56,824 bases of DNA from Rubrivivax sp. (GCA_031418855.1 JANOJR010000260.1:1-56824), one strand, 5' to 3'. Numbered from the stretch's first letter, positions 8,580-18,035 are shown. Program-made: numbers and translations. The notes: generated from the sequence alone by a model not told the origin.

Positions 8580-9967
8580 ACATGGTCGAAAGACTCGCGA
8601 CACTGCGATTCCAGCTGTCGGGTGATCTGCTCGCGCCAGGGGACCACGGCTACGACGCTGCGCGATCGGTCTGGAACGGCATGATCGACCGTCACCCCTT
8701 GGCCATCAGCCGCTGCAAGTCGGCGGAGGACGTGATCGCGTCGGTCCGCTTCGCCGGCCAACAGGGGCTGCCGGTGTCGATCCGCGGTGGCGGTCACAAC
8801 GTGGCCGGCCACGCCGTCTGCGACGGCGGTCTCATGATCGACTTGTCGCTGATGCGGGGCGTCCGTGTCAGCCCAGACGCGCGGTCGGCGTCTGTTCAGG
8901 GGGGCGCCCTCTGGGCCGATGTCGACGCTGCCACGCAGGCGCATGGGCTGGCAACCCCGGGAGGCCTGATCTCTGAGACCGGTGTGGCGGGCCTGACGCT
9001 GAGCGGCGGCATCGGCTGGCTGCGCAGCGCGCATGGCCTCTCGATCGACAACCTGCTGGCCGTCGACATCGTCACGGCGGATGGCACGCTTTCCCGGGCG
9101 AGTCCGACGGAGCATGCCGACCTGTTCTGGGCTCTCCGTGGCGGCGGCGGCAACTTCGGCGTGGTCGTGAACTTCGAGTTCAATCTGCACCCCGTCGGTC
9201 CGACGGTGATGTTCGCGGCACCCATCTACCCGTTGTCGGCCGGTGACGGGCCGATCCGGTTCTGGCGGGACTTTCTGGCAGACAAGAGTGACGTGGTCGG
9301 ATCTCTGTGCGAGTTCTCAACCGTCGCCGCCAGTGCGGACTATCCGCAGGCGTTCTGGGGCACTCGGTGCTACACGCTGGGTGCGGTCTATGCCGGTGAT
9401 GCGGCCGACGGCGAGCACCTCTTGCAGCCGCTGCGGGAACTGGGCCCGATGGTCGCCGACTTCTCCGGCCAGATGCCCTACTGCGAGGTGCAGAAGCTCT
9501 TCGACCCCTTGTATCCGGCGGGTGAGTTCCGCTGCTACTGGAAGAGTCACCTGCTATCGCGACTGACCGACGAGATCATCGCCGAAGCCATCGAGAATGC
9601 CGCCGCATCGCCGTCCGACAAGTCCATCAGTTCGCTGTGGAACTTTGGCGGTGCGACTGCGGCCGTGCCGGCCGAAGCCACGGCATTCGGGGACCGATCG
9701 TTCGGTTGGATGTACTCGCTCGATTCGGTTTGGCGCGATGCGGCGGACGACGAAGCCGTCATGGGCTGGACCCGCGGGGCCTGGGAGCGGGCCCGAAGGC
9801 ACGCGCACGAGGGCCGTCTGTACCTCAACTTCGCGGGGCAGGATGCAGACAGTGATGAGCTGACCCGTCGCGCATTCGGCAAGCAGTACGGGCGGCTGGC
9901 CAGCATCAAGAAGCGCTACGACCCGGGCAACATGTTCCGCTTCAATCAGAACATTCGGCCCGAGTGA
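8576..9967 (+). CDS. FAD-binding oxidoreductase, berberine-bridge/VAO family
   Basis: RGGGHN (covalent-FAD His), GLTLSGGIG, LFWALRGGGGNFGVV, YLNF...KKRYDPGNMF BBE tail. ATGA overlap with the upstream gene. Confidence 0.92.
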   Translation: MNMVERLATLRFQLSGDLLAPGDHGYDAARSVWNGMIDRHPLAISRCKSAEDVIASVRFAGQQGLPVSIRGGGHNVAGHAVCDGGLMIDLSLMRGVRVSPDARSASVQGGALWADVDAATQAHGLATPGGLISETGVAGLTLSGGIGWLRSAHGLSIDNLLAVDIVTADGTLSRASPTEHADLFWALRGGGGNFGVVVNFEFNLHPVGPTVMFAAPIYPLSAGDGPIRFWRDFLADKSDVVGSLCEFSTVAASADYPQAFWGTRCYTLGAVYAGDAADGEHLLQPLRELGPMVADFSGQMPYCEVQKLFDPLYPAGEFRCYWKSHLLSRLTDEIIAEAIENAAASPSDKSISSLWNFGGATAAVPAEATAFGDRSFGWMYSLDSVWRDAADDEAVMGWTRGAWERARRHAHEGRLYLNFAGQDADSDELTRRAFGKQYGRLASIKKRYDPGNMFRFNQNIRPE

Positions 9968-10872
9968 ACGGCTCGCCTCGACAGCCCGCGGGTGCCGCTG
10001 CCATGAACCCGCAAGACCAGCCCGCCCTGCGAGCAGTCACCGCGCGGTTGCGGCCGGTCGACGACCGCATGCTCGGCTGGATCGGGCGCCTCTTCGGTGT
10101 CGCCACCTTGGCGGGCCTTGGATGGTTCGGCGCCTACATCGCCCTGCGGGCGAGCGGCGCCACGATCAAGAGCTTCGAGCAGTGGCAGAACCTGGTGGCC
10201 GGCCTTCCGATGCCCACGGCGTCGGAGTGGATTGCCAACCTCGGCATCGGGCTGCACTTTGTGATGGGCACGGTGCTGGTGCTGGCCTGGCCCATCCTGC
10301 TGTCGGCCCGGATCCGCAGTCGACACCGCAAGGTGCATCGCTGGACAGGCCGCATCTACGTCACCGCAGGTTTTCTGGCCGGTGCCGGTGGCATGTCGTA
10401 CATCGTCACCCACGGCACCTTCAGTCGGGCAGCTGCCATCGCATTCAGCGTTTGGGGTGCGGTGATGATGCTCAGTTCAGTCATGGCCTATGTCCATGCA
10501 CGCGCCAGGAGATTCGATCGACATCGCGCGTGGGCCATCCGCCTGTTCGCGATGGTGCTGGGTTCATGGCTGTTCGACATCGAGATCCAGGCATGGACGA
10601 ACTGGGCCGGCGGCATCGGCATGAACGCAGATGGCGCCAGCGGGCCGTTCGACCTTGCCATGCTCGTCTTGTTCTTTGTTCCCAACCTGCTGGTTGCCGA
10701 GTTCTTCATCCGCAACTTGCACCGGCGGCTCGTCCTTCCGGCCGGCCTGAAATGGCCGGCCGTCGCCGTGCTCGGCACCGCGGCTCTGGTCTTCGCCCAT
10801 GCGACCATCATGGCAAGCGCTACTCCCACGGGGAAGTTCGGGAAGCACCTCCTGCCGCTGCTGGGTGCGTAG
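9964..10872 (+). CDS. DUF2306-like integral membrane protein
   Basis: Several TM segments with HRWTGRIYV and HRAWAIRLFA. GTGA overlap start, alternative ATG at 10003. Confidence 0.8.
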   Translation: MNGSPRQPAGAAAMNPQDQPALRAVTARLRPVDDRMLGWIGRLFGVATLAGLGWFGAYIALRASGATIKSFEQWQNLVAGLPMPTASEWIANLGIGLHFVMGTVLVLAWPILLSARIRSRHRKVHRWTGRIYVTAGFLAGAGGMSYIVTHGTFSRAAAIAFSVWGAVMMLSSVMAYVHARARRFDRHRAWAIRLFAMVLGSWLFDIEIQAWTNWAGGIGMNADGASGPFDLAMLVLFFVPNLLVAEFFIRNLHRRLVLPAGLKWPAVAVLGTAALVFAHATIMASATPTGKFGKHLLPLLGA

Positions 10873-11128
10873 CCACTGGCAAGCCGGCCTTCGCCTCAAG
10901 ATTGGTTGACGGCTTTGCGGCTCCGAACTCGATCTTGTGAATGTCGCTGATGGGTCGCCAAGAGCCGTTCGGCTTGCTACCCGCAAGCAGGCACCCAGAC
11001 GTGTCGAACTGCGCGTCGACGGTAGGCCTCGGTCGTGTGGGTGCAGCCCCTGGGGGAGGTGTTCGATGTCACTGCGGATGTCCGCTCGCTCGATAAGTAC
11101 GGAACAGAGCGGCGCACCACACTAGACC

Positions 11129-11479
11129 TCAGGTGTAGCAAGGCCCGGACTCGCGCACCTCGACCGTGGCCCACGCGACTGCGGGGCAGCGCGCGGCCCA
11201 TTCGAGCGCTTGCTCGCGCGTGGCGACGTTCAGCAAGAAGAAGCCGCCGATCATCTCTTTGGCCTCGGCAAACGGGCCGTCGAGCACACGCGTGGCCGCA
11301 CCCTCGGGCCGCTGCACGCGCGTGGCAGCGGTGGCCAGTGCGCTGGTCGCCAGCAGCACGCCGGCGCGCTTGAGCTCTTCGGTGAAGTCGAGCATCTGCT
11401 GGTACACGACCTTGCCGAGTTCGACACCGCGCGCTTCGCGCTGGCCCAGGGGTTCAACGATGAGCAGCATGTGCGGCAT
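11129..11479 (-). CDS. YciI/DGPF family protein
   Basis: LDGPFAEAKEMIGGFF...ALEWAARCP...VEVRE. Confidence 0.9.
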   Translation of the reverse strand: MPHMLLIVEPLGQREARGVELGKVVYQQMLDFTEELKRAGVLLATSALATAATRVQRPEGAATRVLDGPFAEAKEMIGGFFLLNVATREQALEWAARCPAVAWATVEVRESGPCYT

Positions 11480-11576
11480 GGTGGCGTCTGCGGTGCAGTG
11501 TTGATGTCGAGCGGGCATTGTGCGTGCGCCGCTTTCAGTCGATGCGAGGGCGCGCCGCGTCGTGCATTTCAGCGTC

Positions 11577-12383
11577 TCAGCCCCCTAGCCACGCCTTGAA
11601 CGCCGATGCGGGCTCTTGGCTCACCAGCACATCGCCCACTGTGCCCGCGATCGCCGGTCGCAGCTCGACCTTCAGCCGGCCTTTGCCTGCGGGCGCAAAG
11701 CGCGCCACAGCCGTGGCCGCGACCAGCAATTGGCGTGTGGCGCGAAAGAACAGCGCTGGGTCGAGCTCAGCTTCCAGCTCGGCCAGCGGCGTCTCCAACA
11801 AGTAGCGCTCGCCCGCCTGGTCGACGGCAAACGCGAGCTTGTCGAGCGAGACCACATAGGCCAGTTGCTCGACAGGCAGCGCATGAAACTGCGCGCCTTT
11901 GCGGCCCACCAGACGCTGGCGCCAGCGCGGCGTGGCGGTGCCAACGTGCTGCCCTATCTGCTGACCGAATTGCTGCAAGAGCGCAGCCACGTCGCCGCTG
12001 AATGTTTGGCGTAAGCGCTGCACCTTCGCCAGCGCCTGCGCCAGCGCCACTTCGCTCACCGGTTTGAGCAGGTAGTCGATGGCCAATGCGCGAAACGCGT
12101 CGATGGCAAAGCGGTCGTACGCGGTGGTGAAGATGGTCGGCAGCGCAAGCGTTCCGTCTTTGAAGAGCTCCAGCGACAGGCCATCGGCGAGCTGGATGTC
12201 CAGCAGCAGCACATCGGGTGCGGCATGACTGGCGAGCCAGGCCTGCGTGCCCTTCACGCTGTCGGCATGGCCGACAACCACGAGCTCGGGCGCGACGCGG
12301 GCCAGGGCGCCGATCAGCCGCTCGCGTGCGGGCGGCTCGTCTTCGGCCACGAAGGCGTGCAGCCTGGGTTGGGTGTTGTTCAT
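11577..12383 (-). CDS. LytTR family response regulator
   Basis: AEDE...LLDIQLADG...IFTTAYD...DYLLKP receiver domain, LDPALFFRATR LytTR domain. Confidence 0.92.
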   Translation of the reverse strand: MNNTQPRLHAFVAEDEPPARERLIGALARVAPELVVVGHADSVKGTQAWLASHAAPDVLLLDIQLADGLSLELFKDGTLALPTIFTTAYDRFAIDAFRALAIDYLLKPVSEVALAQALAKVQRLRQTFSGDVAALLQQFGQQIGQHVGTATPRWRQRLVGRKGAQFHALPVEQLAYVVSLDKLAFAVDQAGERYLLETPLAELEAELDPALFFRATRQLLVAATAVARFAPAGKGRLKVELRPAIAGTVGDVLVSQEPASAFKAWLGG

Positions 12384-12401
12384 GCGTCGTTCATGCGCCC
12401 T

Positions 12402-13529
12402 TCATGCGGCCGCCACCAGCGGCACCTGCACCTCAAAGCGCGCATCGCTGCGCACGAGCACGAGCCCGCGCCCGGTGAGCAGCCGGCAGCGCTCGTCGAG
12501 GTTGGCCAGGCCCAGCCCCGACGACGGCATGGCGCTGCGCCGTGGCCGCACGGCGTTGCGCATCGAGACCACGCGCTCAATCAGCGTTAGCTGCACCGGC
12601 AGCGGCTCGCTGACCGTGGCCTGGTTGTGCTTGACGGCGTTTTCCAGCAGACCCTGTAGCGCCATTGGCGGCACAAGCCAGCCGGAGGCGGCCGCGTCGA
12701 TGTCGTCGATGCCCAGCAGCGGCATGGCTTGCCCGAAGCGCAGCTCCAGCAGCCGGTGGTAGCGGCGCAGAAAAGCCAGCTCCTCAGTCAGCGGCACCAG
12801 GTCGCGCTGGCGGCTGTCGAGCACGAAGCGGTAGACGTCGGCCAAGGTGTCGCAGAACTCGCGCCCGCGTGCCGCGTCGTGCGCGATCAAATGGCCCAGC
12901 GTGTTCAGGCTGTTGAACAGGAAGTGCGGGTCGACCTGGGCCTTGAGCGTGGCTAGCTCGGCTTGTGTGCGCAGTCGCTCCAAGCGTTCCACACGCGTCA
13001 GATCCGACTCGCGTTCGCGGATGAGAAAGATCGTCTCGTAGGCATGCGTCACAAAGAGCACGCAGATGACGTTGGTCAGCACCACCACTTGCAGCGCGTT
13101 GCGGTCCACCGGCAGACCCGCGGCGTAAAACCAGGCCAGCAGCCCCAGCACCGTGATCGGCGCGGTGTAGAGCACGTTGGCCACCACCAGCATCATCAGC
13201 TTGCGCAGGGGCTGCCTGAACCAGTCAAGGTGCTCTCGCTGCTTGAAAAGCAGCCAGCGGTTGCCCAGCCAGATGGCCGCCGCCAGCGCGATGAAGCCCA
13301 GCGTGCCGGCCCAGTACAGGCCCTGGCCTGGCGTCACCGTGCCGAACAGGCCGCTGAGCTGCGGGATGGCCAGCCCAAAGCCGAGAATGCCCACGCACAT
13401 CACCGGCCGGTCGTCGACCCGCGCGCTTGATGCTGGCGGCAGTTTGGGTGGCGGCTTGGGCGTCGCTAAATCAGGCTTGGGCAAGCGGGCATCCTGCTTC
13501 GGTAGGGCGGCCCTGGTGCTGCGGGCCAC
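12402..13529 (-). CDS. LytS/YehU-type sensor histidine kinase (true start probably ~13400-13442)
   Basis: TM N-terminus, LKAQVDPHFLFNSLN, LQGLLENAVKH, GLGLANL. The first ~30 codons of the ORF overlap the putative operator repeats. Confidence 0.88.
   Translation of the reverse strand: MARSTRAALPKQDARLPKPDLATPKPPPKLPPASSARVDDRPVMCVGILGFGLAIPQLSGLFGTVTPGQGLYWAGTLGFIALAAAIWLGNRWLLFKQREHLDWFRQPLRKLMMLVVANVLYTAPITVLGLLAWFYAAGLPVDRNALQVVVLTNVICVLFVTHAYETIFLIRERESDLTRVERLERLRTQAELATLKAQVDPHFLFNSLNTLGHLIAHDAARGREFCDTLADVYRFVLDSRQRDLVPLTEELAFLRRYHRLLELRFGQAMPLLGIDDIDAAASGWLVPPMALQGLLENAVKHNQATVSEPLPVQLTLIERVVSMRNAVRPRRSAMPSSGLGLANLDERCRLLTGRGLVLVRSDARFEVQVPLVAAA
13453..13503 (+). promoter_or_regulatory. 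Putative LytTR operator, three 9-bp direct repeats with 21-bp period
   Basis: GGCTTGGGC (13453), GGCTTGGGC (13474), TGCTTCGGT (13495). Confidence 0.7.
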
Positions 13530-13574
13530 GGCGCGGCAATCTGCGCAGCCCGAACCTTAACGCGAGGACTGGTC

Positions 13575-13979
13575 ATGGAATCCGTCAGCTTCAACTTTGC
13601 CGCCGTGGCCGCCGCCGCGCTTCTCAGCTTCACTATTGGCGGGCTGTGGTATTCGCCGCTGCTATTCGCCAAACCGTGGATGAAAGAGGCCGGCCTGAGC
13701 GAAGAGCAAACACGCAGCGCACCCTTGGCGCGCATCTTCGGCCTCTCCGCCATCGCCTCGCTGGTGATGGCCTTCAACCTCGCGGCCTTCATCGGCGCGA
13801 AGGCGAGCCTGAGCTTTGGCCTCTTTGCAGGCGCGGCCGCGGGCATCGGCTGGGTCGCCATGTCGCTGGGTGTGATCTACCTGTTCGAGCAACGCTCGCT
13901 CAAGTTGTGGCTCATCAACAGCGGCTACCAGGTGGTGGCCTACACGCTGATGGGTGGGCTGCTGGGGGTGTGGAAGTGA
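13575..13979 (+). CDS. DUF1761-like membrane protein
   Basis: IGGLWYSPLLFAKPW...YLFEQRSLKLWLINSGY, four TM segments, GAGGA RBS. Confidence 0.85.
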   Translation: MESVSFNFAAVAAAALLSFTIGGLWYSPLLFAKPWMKEAGLSEEQTRSAPLARIFGLSAIASLVMAFNLAAFIGAKASLSFGLFAGAAAGIGWVAMSLGVIYLFEQRSLKLWLINSGYQVVAYTLMGGLLGVWK

Positions 13980-14040
13980 GGGTGCTGAAGGCCGCCGCAC
14001 CGGCGGCTCGGGCCGGCGGTGTTGCGTCGCCAGCAACTGA

Positions 14041-15852
14041 TTACGCCATCGGGCGCGCGTCCTCGCGGAACCACTCCTGCTCGGACAGCATCATCTGGTT
14101 GTGACTGCAACCCGTTGGAATCATCGGGAAGCAATTCGCAAGCGCCGCAACGTGGACATCGAGGAAGTACGGGCCGGGCGTCGACAGGCACTCCTCGATG
14201 GCCCCTGCGAGCTCGGCGGGGTCGTCGACCCGGCGTGCCGACCAGCCGCATGCGCGGGCGAGCGCCACGAAATCGGGCAGCGCGGCGTTCCAGCTGTGGC
14301 TGATGCGGTTGTCGTGGTTGAGCTGCTGCCACTGGCGCACCATGCCCATGTAGCCGTTGTTGCACAGCACGACCTTCACCGGCGTGCCATGCTGCGTCGC
14401 CGTCGACAACTCCTGGATGTTCATGAGGATCGACGCGTCGCCGCTGACGCAGACCACGGTGGCATCCGGATGCGCCACCTGCGCACCGATGGCCGCCGGC
14501 AGTCCGTAACCCATCGTACCGGCGCCGCCCGACGTCAGCCAACGCCCGGGCCGCTCGAAGTGCAGGTACTGGGCAGCCCACATCTGGTGCTGGCCCACGT
14601 CGGTGCTGACGATGGCGTCGCGGCCCTCGAGCTGCGCCTGCAATTCGGACATCAGGTGCTGCGGCAGGATGCTCTCGCGGCTCGGCGTGAATGCCAGGCT
14701 TCGCCTGGAGCGCCAAGCCTCGATGCGCTGCCACCAGGCGTCAAGGCGCGCCGGTGGCGGATCCTGCTGTGGCAGGCGCTCCAGCAAAAGGCTGAGCACC
14801 GTCTCACAGTCGCCATGCAGACCAGCATCGACCCGCACCAGACGGCCGATGCTGGAGGCATCGATGTCGATGTGGATGCGGCGCGAGTTCGGGCTGAAGT
14901 CGTCGAGCTTGCCGGTGACGCGGTCGTCGAATCGCGCGCCGACGCAGATGAGCAGGTCCGCATGGTGCATTGCCTGGTTCGCCTCCAGCCTGCCGTGCAT
15001 GCCCAGCATGCCGATGAACTGTCCGCTGGAAGCGGGAAACGCGCCGAGGCCCATCAGCGTGAGGGTCGTCGGCAGGTTCAGCCGTGTTGCCAGCGCAGTG
15101 AAGAGCTCGCAGGCGCGCGGGCCGGAGTTGATCAGGCCGCCGCCGCCGTACAGAACGGGAGCGCGCGCATTTAGCAGCCAGTTCACTGCGTCGTCCAGTG
15201 ACTGCGAACTCGGGGGCGGGGGCAAAAGCAGCGCTTGCCGGGCCCGCAGCGTTGCCGCAAGTCTTGCGTCGACCCGCTGCAACTGCACGTCCTTGGGCAC
15301 GTCGATGAGTACCGGGCCCGGCCGGCCCGACATCGCGCGCGCCACGGCTTCGCGCACCAGCGCCGGCAGTTCCTCGCCACGCGCCGCCTGCACGTTCCAC
15401 TTGGTGACCGGGGCCGACATGCCGATGGCGTCGCTCTCCTGGAAGGCCTGCGTGCCGATCAGCGACGTCGCCACCTGCCCGCTGATGCACAGCACCGGGA
15501 TCGAGTCGCTCATGGCATCGAGCAGGCCTGAAATCGTGTTCGCCACGCCCGGCCCTGACGTCACCAACACCACGCCGAGCTTGCCGGTGCTGCGCGCGTA
15601 ACCCTCGGCGGCATGCACCGCGCCCTGCTCGTGCCGCACCAGCACGTGGCGCAGCGCAGGGCGGTGGTAGAGCGCGTCGTAGAGGGGCAGCGCAGCGCCA
15701 CCGGGGTAGCCGAACACGGTATCGACGCCACACGCGATCAGGGTGTCCAGCAGCGCCTCGGCGCCGGAGACGGTCTCGGTTTCGGTTTCGGTTTCGGCCA
15801 CGCCGGGCGGAACCCCGACCGTATAGCTTTCGGGCAGGCGATCCATGCTCAT
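14041..15852 (-). CDS. ilvB: Acetolactate synthase large subunit-like ThDP enzyme
   Basis: FGYPGG, VRHEQGAVHAAEGY, TSGPG, RFDDRVTG, TDVGQHQMW, GDAS...NNGYMGMVRQWQ. Confidence 0.88.
   Translation of the reverse strand: MSMDRLPESYTVGVPPGVAETETETETVSGAEALLDTLIACGVDTVFGYPGGAALPLYDALYHRPALRHVLVRHEQGAVHAAEGYARSTGKLGVVLVTSGPGVANTISGLLDAMSDSIPVLCISGQVATSLIGTQAFQESDAIGMSAPVTKWNVQAARGEELPALVREAVARAMSGRPGPVLIDVPKDVQLQRVDARLAATLRARQALLLPPPPSSQSLDDAVNWLLNARAPVLYGGGGLINSGPRACELFTALATRLNLPTTLTLMGLGAFPASSGQFIGMLGMHGRLEANQAMHHADLLICVGARFDDRVTGKLDDFSPNSRRIHIDIDASSIGRLVRVDAGLHGDCETVLSLLLERLPQQDPPPARLDAWWQRIEAWRSRRSLAFTPSRESILPQHLMSELQAQLEGRDAIVSTDVGQHQMWAAQYLHFERPGRWLTSGGAGTMGYGLPAAIGAQVAHPDATVVCVSGDASILMNIQELSTATQHGTPVKVVLCNNGYMGMVRQWQQLNHDNRISHSWNAALPDFVALARACGWSARRVDDPAELAGAIEECLSTPGPYFLDVHVAALANCFPMIPTGCSHNQMMLSEQEWFREDARPMA
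15771..15797. repeat. 6-bp tandem repeat encoding (TE)n in the ilvB N-terminus
   Basis: CGGTCT CGGTTT CGGTTT CGGTTT CGG. Confidence 0.8.
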
Positions 15853-18023
15853 CAGCCCGCGCGTGTTTCGATCAGGGCATCGACCGCGAAGGCGCCCTGG
15901 CCCTTTGGCAGGACGATGAAGGGGTTGATGTCGATGCTCTCCAGGGCAGCGCCCTGTGCCGCCGCAAACGCCGAGAGGCGGGTGAGGGCCTCGACCAGCG
16001 CTTCTTCGTCGGCCGGGGGCGCGCCGCGCACGCCTTGCAGTAGCGCGTAGCCCTTGACTTCGCGAATCATGCGGCGCGCTTCCGACGCGCCGAACGGCGC
16101 GCGGCGGAACGTCACGTCCTTGAGCACTTCAACCAACACGCCGCCCAGCCCGAACATGACCATCGGGCCGAAGACCGGGTCGTGCGAAACGCCGAGGATG
16201 GTTTCCACACCGCCCTGGACCTGCTGCGCGAGCAGCACGCCGGTGATGCGGGCCCCCGGCGCGTGGGTTTGCGCACGATCCACCAGCGTGGCGTAGCCAC
16301 TGCGGACTTCGGCCACCGACTTCACGTCAAGCAGCACGCCGCCAATCTCCGACTTGTGCGGGATGTCGGGCGACACGATCTTCATCACAAGGGGGAAGCC
16401 GATGGCGGGTGCGGCGTCGACCGCAGCCTGCGCGGAGGCGACCACGGCCTCAGCCGCGCAGGGGATGCCGGCGGCGGCCAGGATCCGCTTCGCCTGGAAT
16501 TCGTCATAGACAGCGCCGCGCTGGACCGCGAGCGCGCCCGAAGGGAGGGCCGGGGCCGGTTCGGCGGCGGGTGCGTCGAACGACGCGCGAAAGCGCACCA
16601 GGGCCTTGATCGCCTTGAGCGCCCGCCCGGGATCTTCGAACACGGCGTAGCCGATGTTCTCCAGATGCTTGCGGGTCTCGGGGCTGGCCAAGGTCGACAG
16701 CACGAGGAAGCGATCGGTGTGTTTGCGGACCACCGCTTCGAAGTGCGGGAGCAGCTTGCTGAAGATTTCCTTGTTGCGGGCGATGTGGGTGATGAAGCAG
16801 ACCGCCGAGCCGTAGCCGCCGCCGCTGAGCAGGTGCTCGAACATCGGCCCGACCAGGTGCGGGTGCGTGATGACCTGCGCGGTCACATCGACTGGATTTC
16901 GTGCGGCGGCGAACGGCAGCAGCGCCTTGATCGCGGCCTGTGAAGCCGCCGGCAATTCGGCCACGACGAGGCCGACTTCCTCGGCCTGGTCGGCCATCAG
17001 GATGCCGACCCCGCCGGAGACGGTGATGAGGCCTACCTTGTCGTTGGCGGGCAGACGCTTGAGCGAGCAGGCGTACGCGACGTCCATCAACTCGTCGATG
17101 GAATAGGCGCGGTAGACATGGCTCTGGCGCAGGATCGCGTCGAAGATCTCGTCGGAGCCCGCCAGGCTGGCGGTGTGTGATGCGGCGGCCTTGGCACCGG
17201 CTTCTGATCGGCCGAGCTTGAGCACGATCACCGGCTTGCGCTTCAGGCGCGCGGCTTCGAAAGCGGCCAGCAGCCGCGTAGGGTTGACCACGCCTTCGAT
17301 GACCACCACGACCACCTCGGTGTCGGGGTCTTCGACGATGTAGGCCAGCGCTTCGGAGACATCCAGGTCGCACTGGTTGCCGGTGGTCAAACACATCGAG
17401 AGGCCGAGCTCGCGTTCTGCGGCGAGCACGATCATGTGGATGCCGAAAGCGCCTGACTGGCTGACCATGCCGATCGCGCCGATACGGGGCGGCTTGTCGA
17501 TGATGCCGCTGGTGAACGTGGCGAGCAGGCCTTCGCGCACGTTGAACGTGCCTGCGCAATTCGGGCCGAGCAGCGCAACGCCGCCCTGGCCTGCGGCCGC
17601 CACGATGCGATCCTGCAGTTCGCGGCCGGCCTCGTCGACCTCGGCGAAGCCGGACGAAAACACCAGCGCGCCGTTCACGCGCTTGGCCACGCAACTCTCA
17701 ATTGCGGCCAGCACATCCTGCGCGGGCACGGCGACCACGACCAGGTCGACCTCGCCTGCCACCATCTCAAGGGAGGGATAGGACTGCAAGCCCTGCACCA
17801 CGTCGCGGCCCGGGTTGATGGGATAGATCGGACCCTTGTACCCTGCGAGTTTGAGGTAACGGATGGGCCGTCCGCCGATCTTGTTCTCGTCGCCCGACGC
17901 GCCAATGATGGCGATCGAGCGGGGCTTGAGAAATGCGCGGGTGCGTGCGCCGGAAATAGTGCCAGAACTAGCGCCGGAATTAGCGCCGGAACTAGCGCCG
18001 AAGTCCGCAGGTGCGTTTGTCAT
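15852..18023 (-). CDS. ADP-forming acyl-CoA synthetase (acetate--CoA ligase family, fused alpha/beta)
   Basis: PRSIAIIGAS, LLGPNC, VSQSGA, AASHTASLAG (phospho-His), NPVD, HKSEIGGV, DINP. Confidence 0.92.
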   Translation of the reverse strand: MTNAPADFGASSGANSGASSGTISGARTRAFLKPRSIAIIGASGDENKIGGRPIRYLKLAGYKGPIYPINPGRDVVQGLQSYPSLEMVAGEVDLVVVAVPAQDVLAAIESCVAKRVNGALVFSSGFAEVDEAGRELQDRIVAAAGQGGVALLGPNCAGTFNVREGLLATFTSGIIDKPPRIGAIGMVSQSGAFGIHMIVLAAERELGLSMCLTTGNQCDLDVSEALAYIVEDPDTEVVVVVIEGVVNPTRLLAAFEAARLKRKPVIVLKLGRSEAGAKAAASHTASLAGSDEIFDAILRQSHVYRAYSIDELMDVAYACSLKRLPANDKVGLITVSGGVGILMADQAEEVGLVVAELPAASQAAIKALLPFAAARNPVDVTAQVITHPHLVGPMFEHLLSGGGYGSAVCFITHIARNKEIFSKLLPHFEAVVRKHTDRFLVLSTLASPETRKHLENIGYAVFEDPGRALKAIKALVRFRASFDAPAAEPAPALPSGALAVQRGAVYDEFQAKRILAAAGIPCAAEAVVASAQAAVDAAPAIGFPLVMKIVSPDIPHKSEIGGVLLDVKSVAEVRSGYATLVDRAQTHAPGARITGVLLAQQVQGGVETILGVSHDPVFGPMVMFGLGGVLVEVLKDVTFRRAPFGASEARRMIREVKGYALLQGVRGAPPADEEALVEALTRLSAFAAAQGAALESIDINPFIVLPKGQGAFAVDALIETRAG
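17949..17996. repeat. 12-bp tandem repeat x4 in the ligase N-terminus
   Basis: GCCGGAAATAGT GCCAGAACTAGC GCCGGAATTAGC GCCGGAACTAGC. Confidence 0.8.
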
Positions 18024-18035
18024 CTCAGGTGTTTC

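Noticed and set aside
11535-11570. Second ECF promoter upstream of yciI 11479 (TGCACGAC...TCGAC)
   Set aside because: Both elements and the spacing deviate from the 5909-5935 motif, too weak to call.
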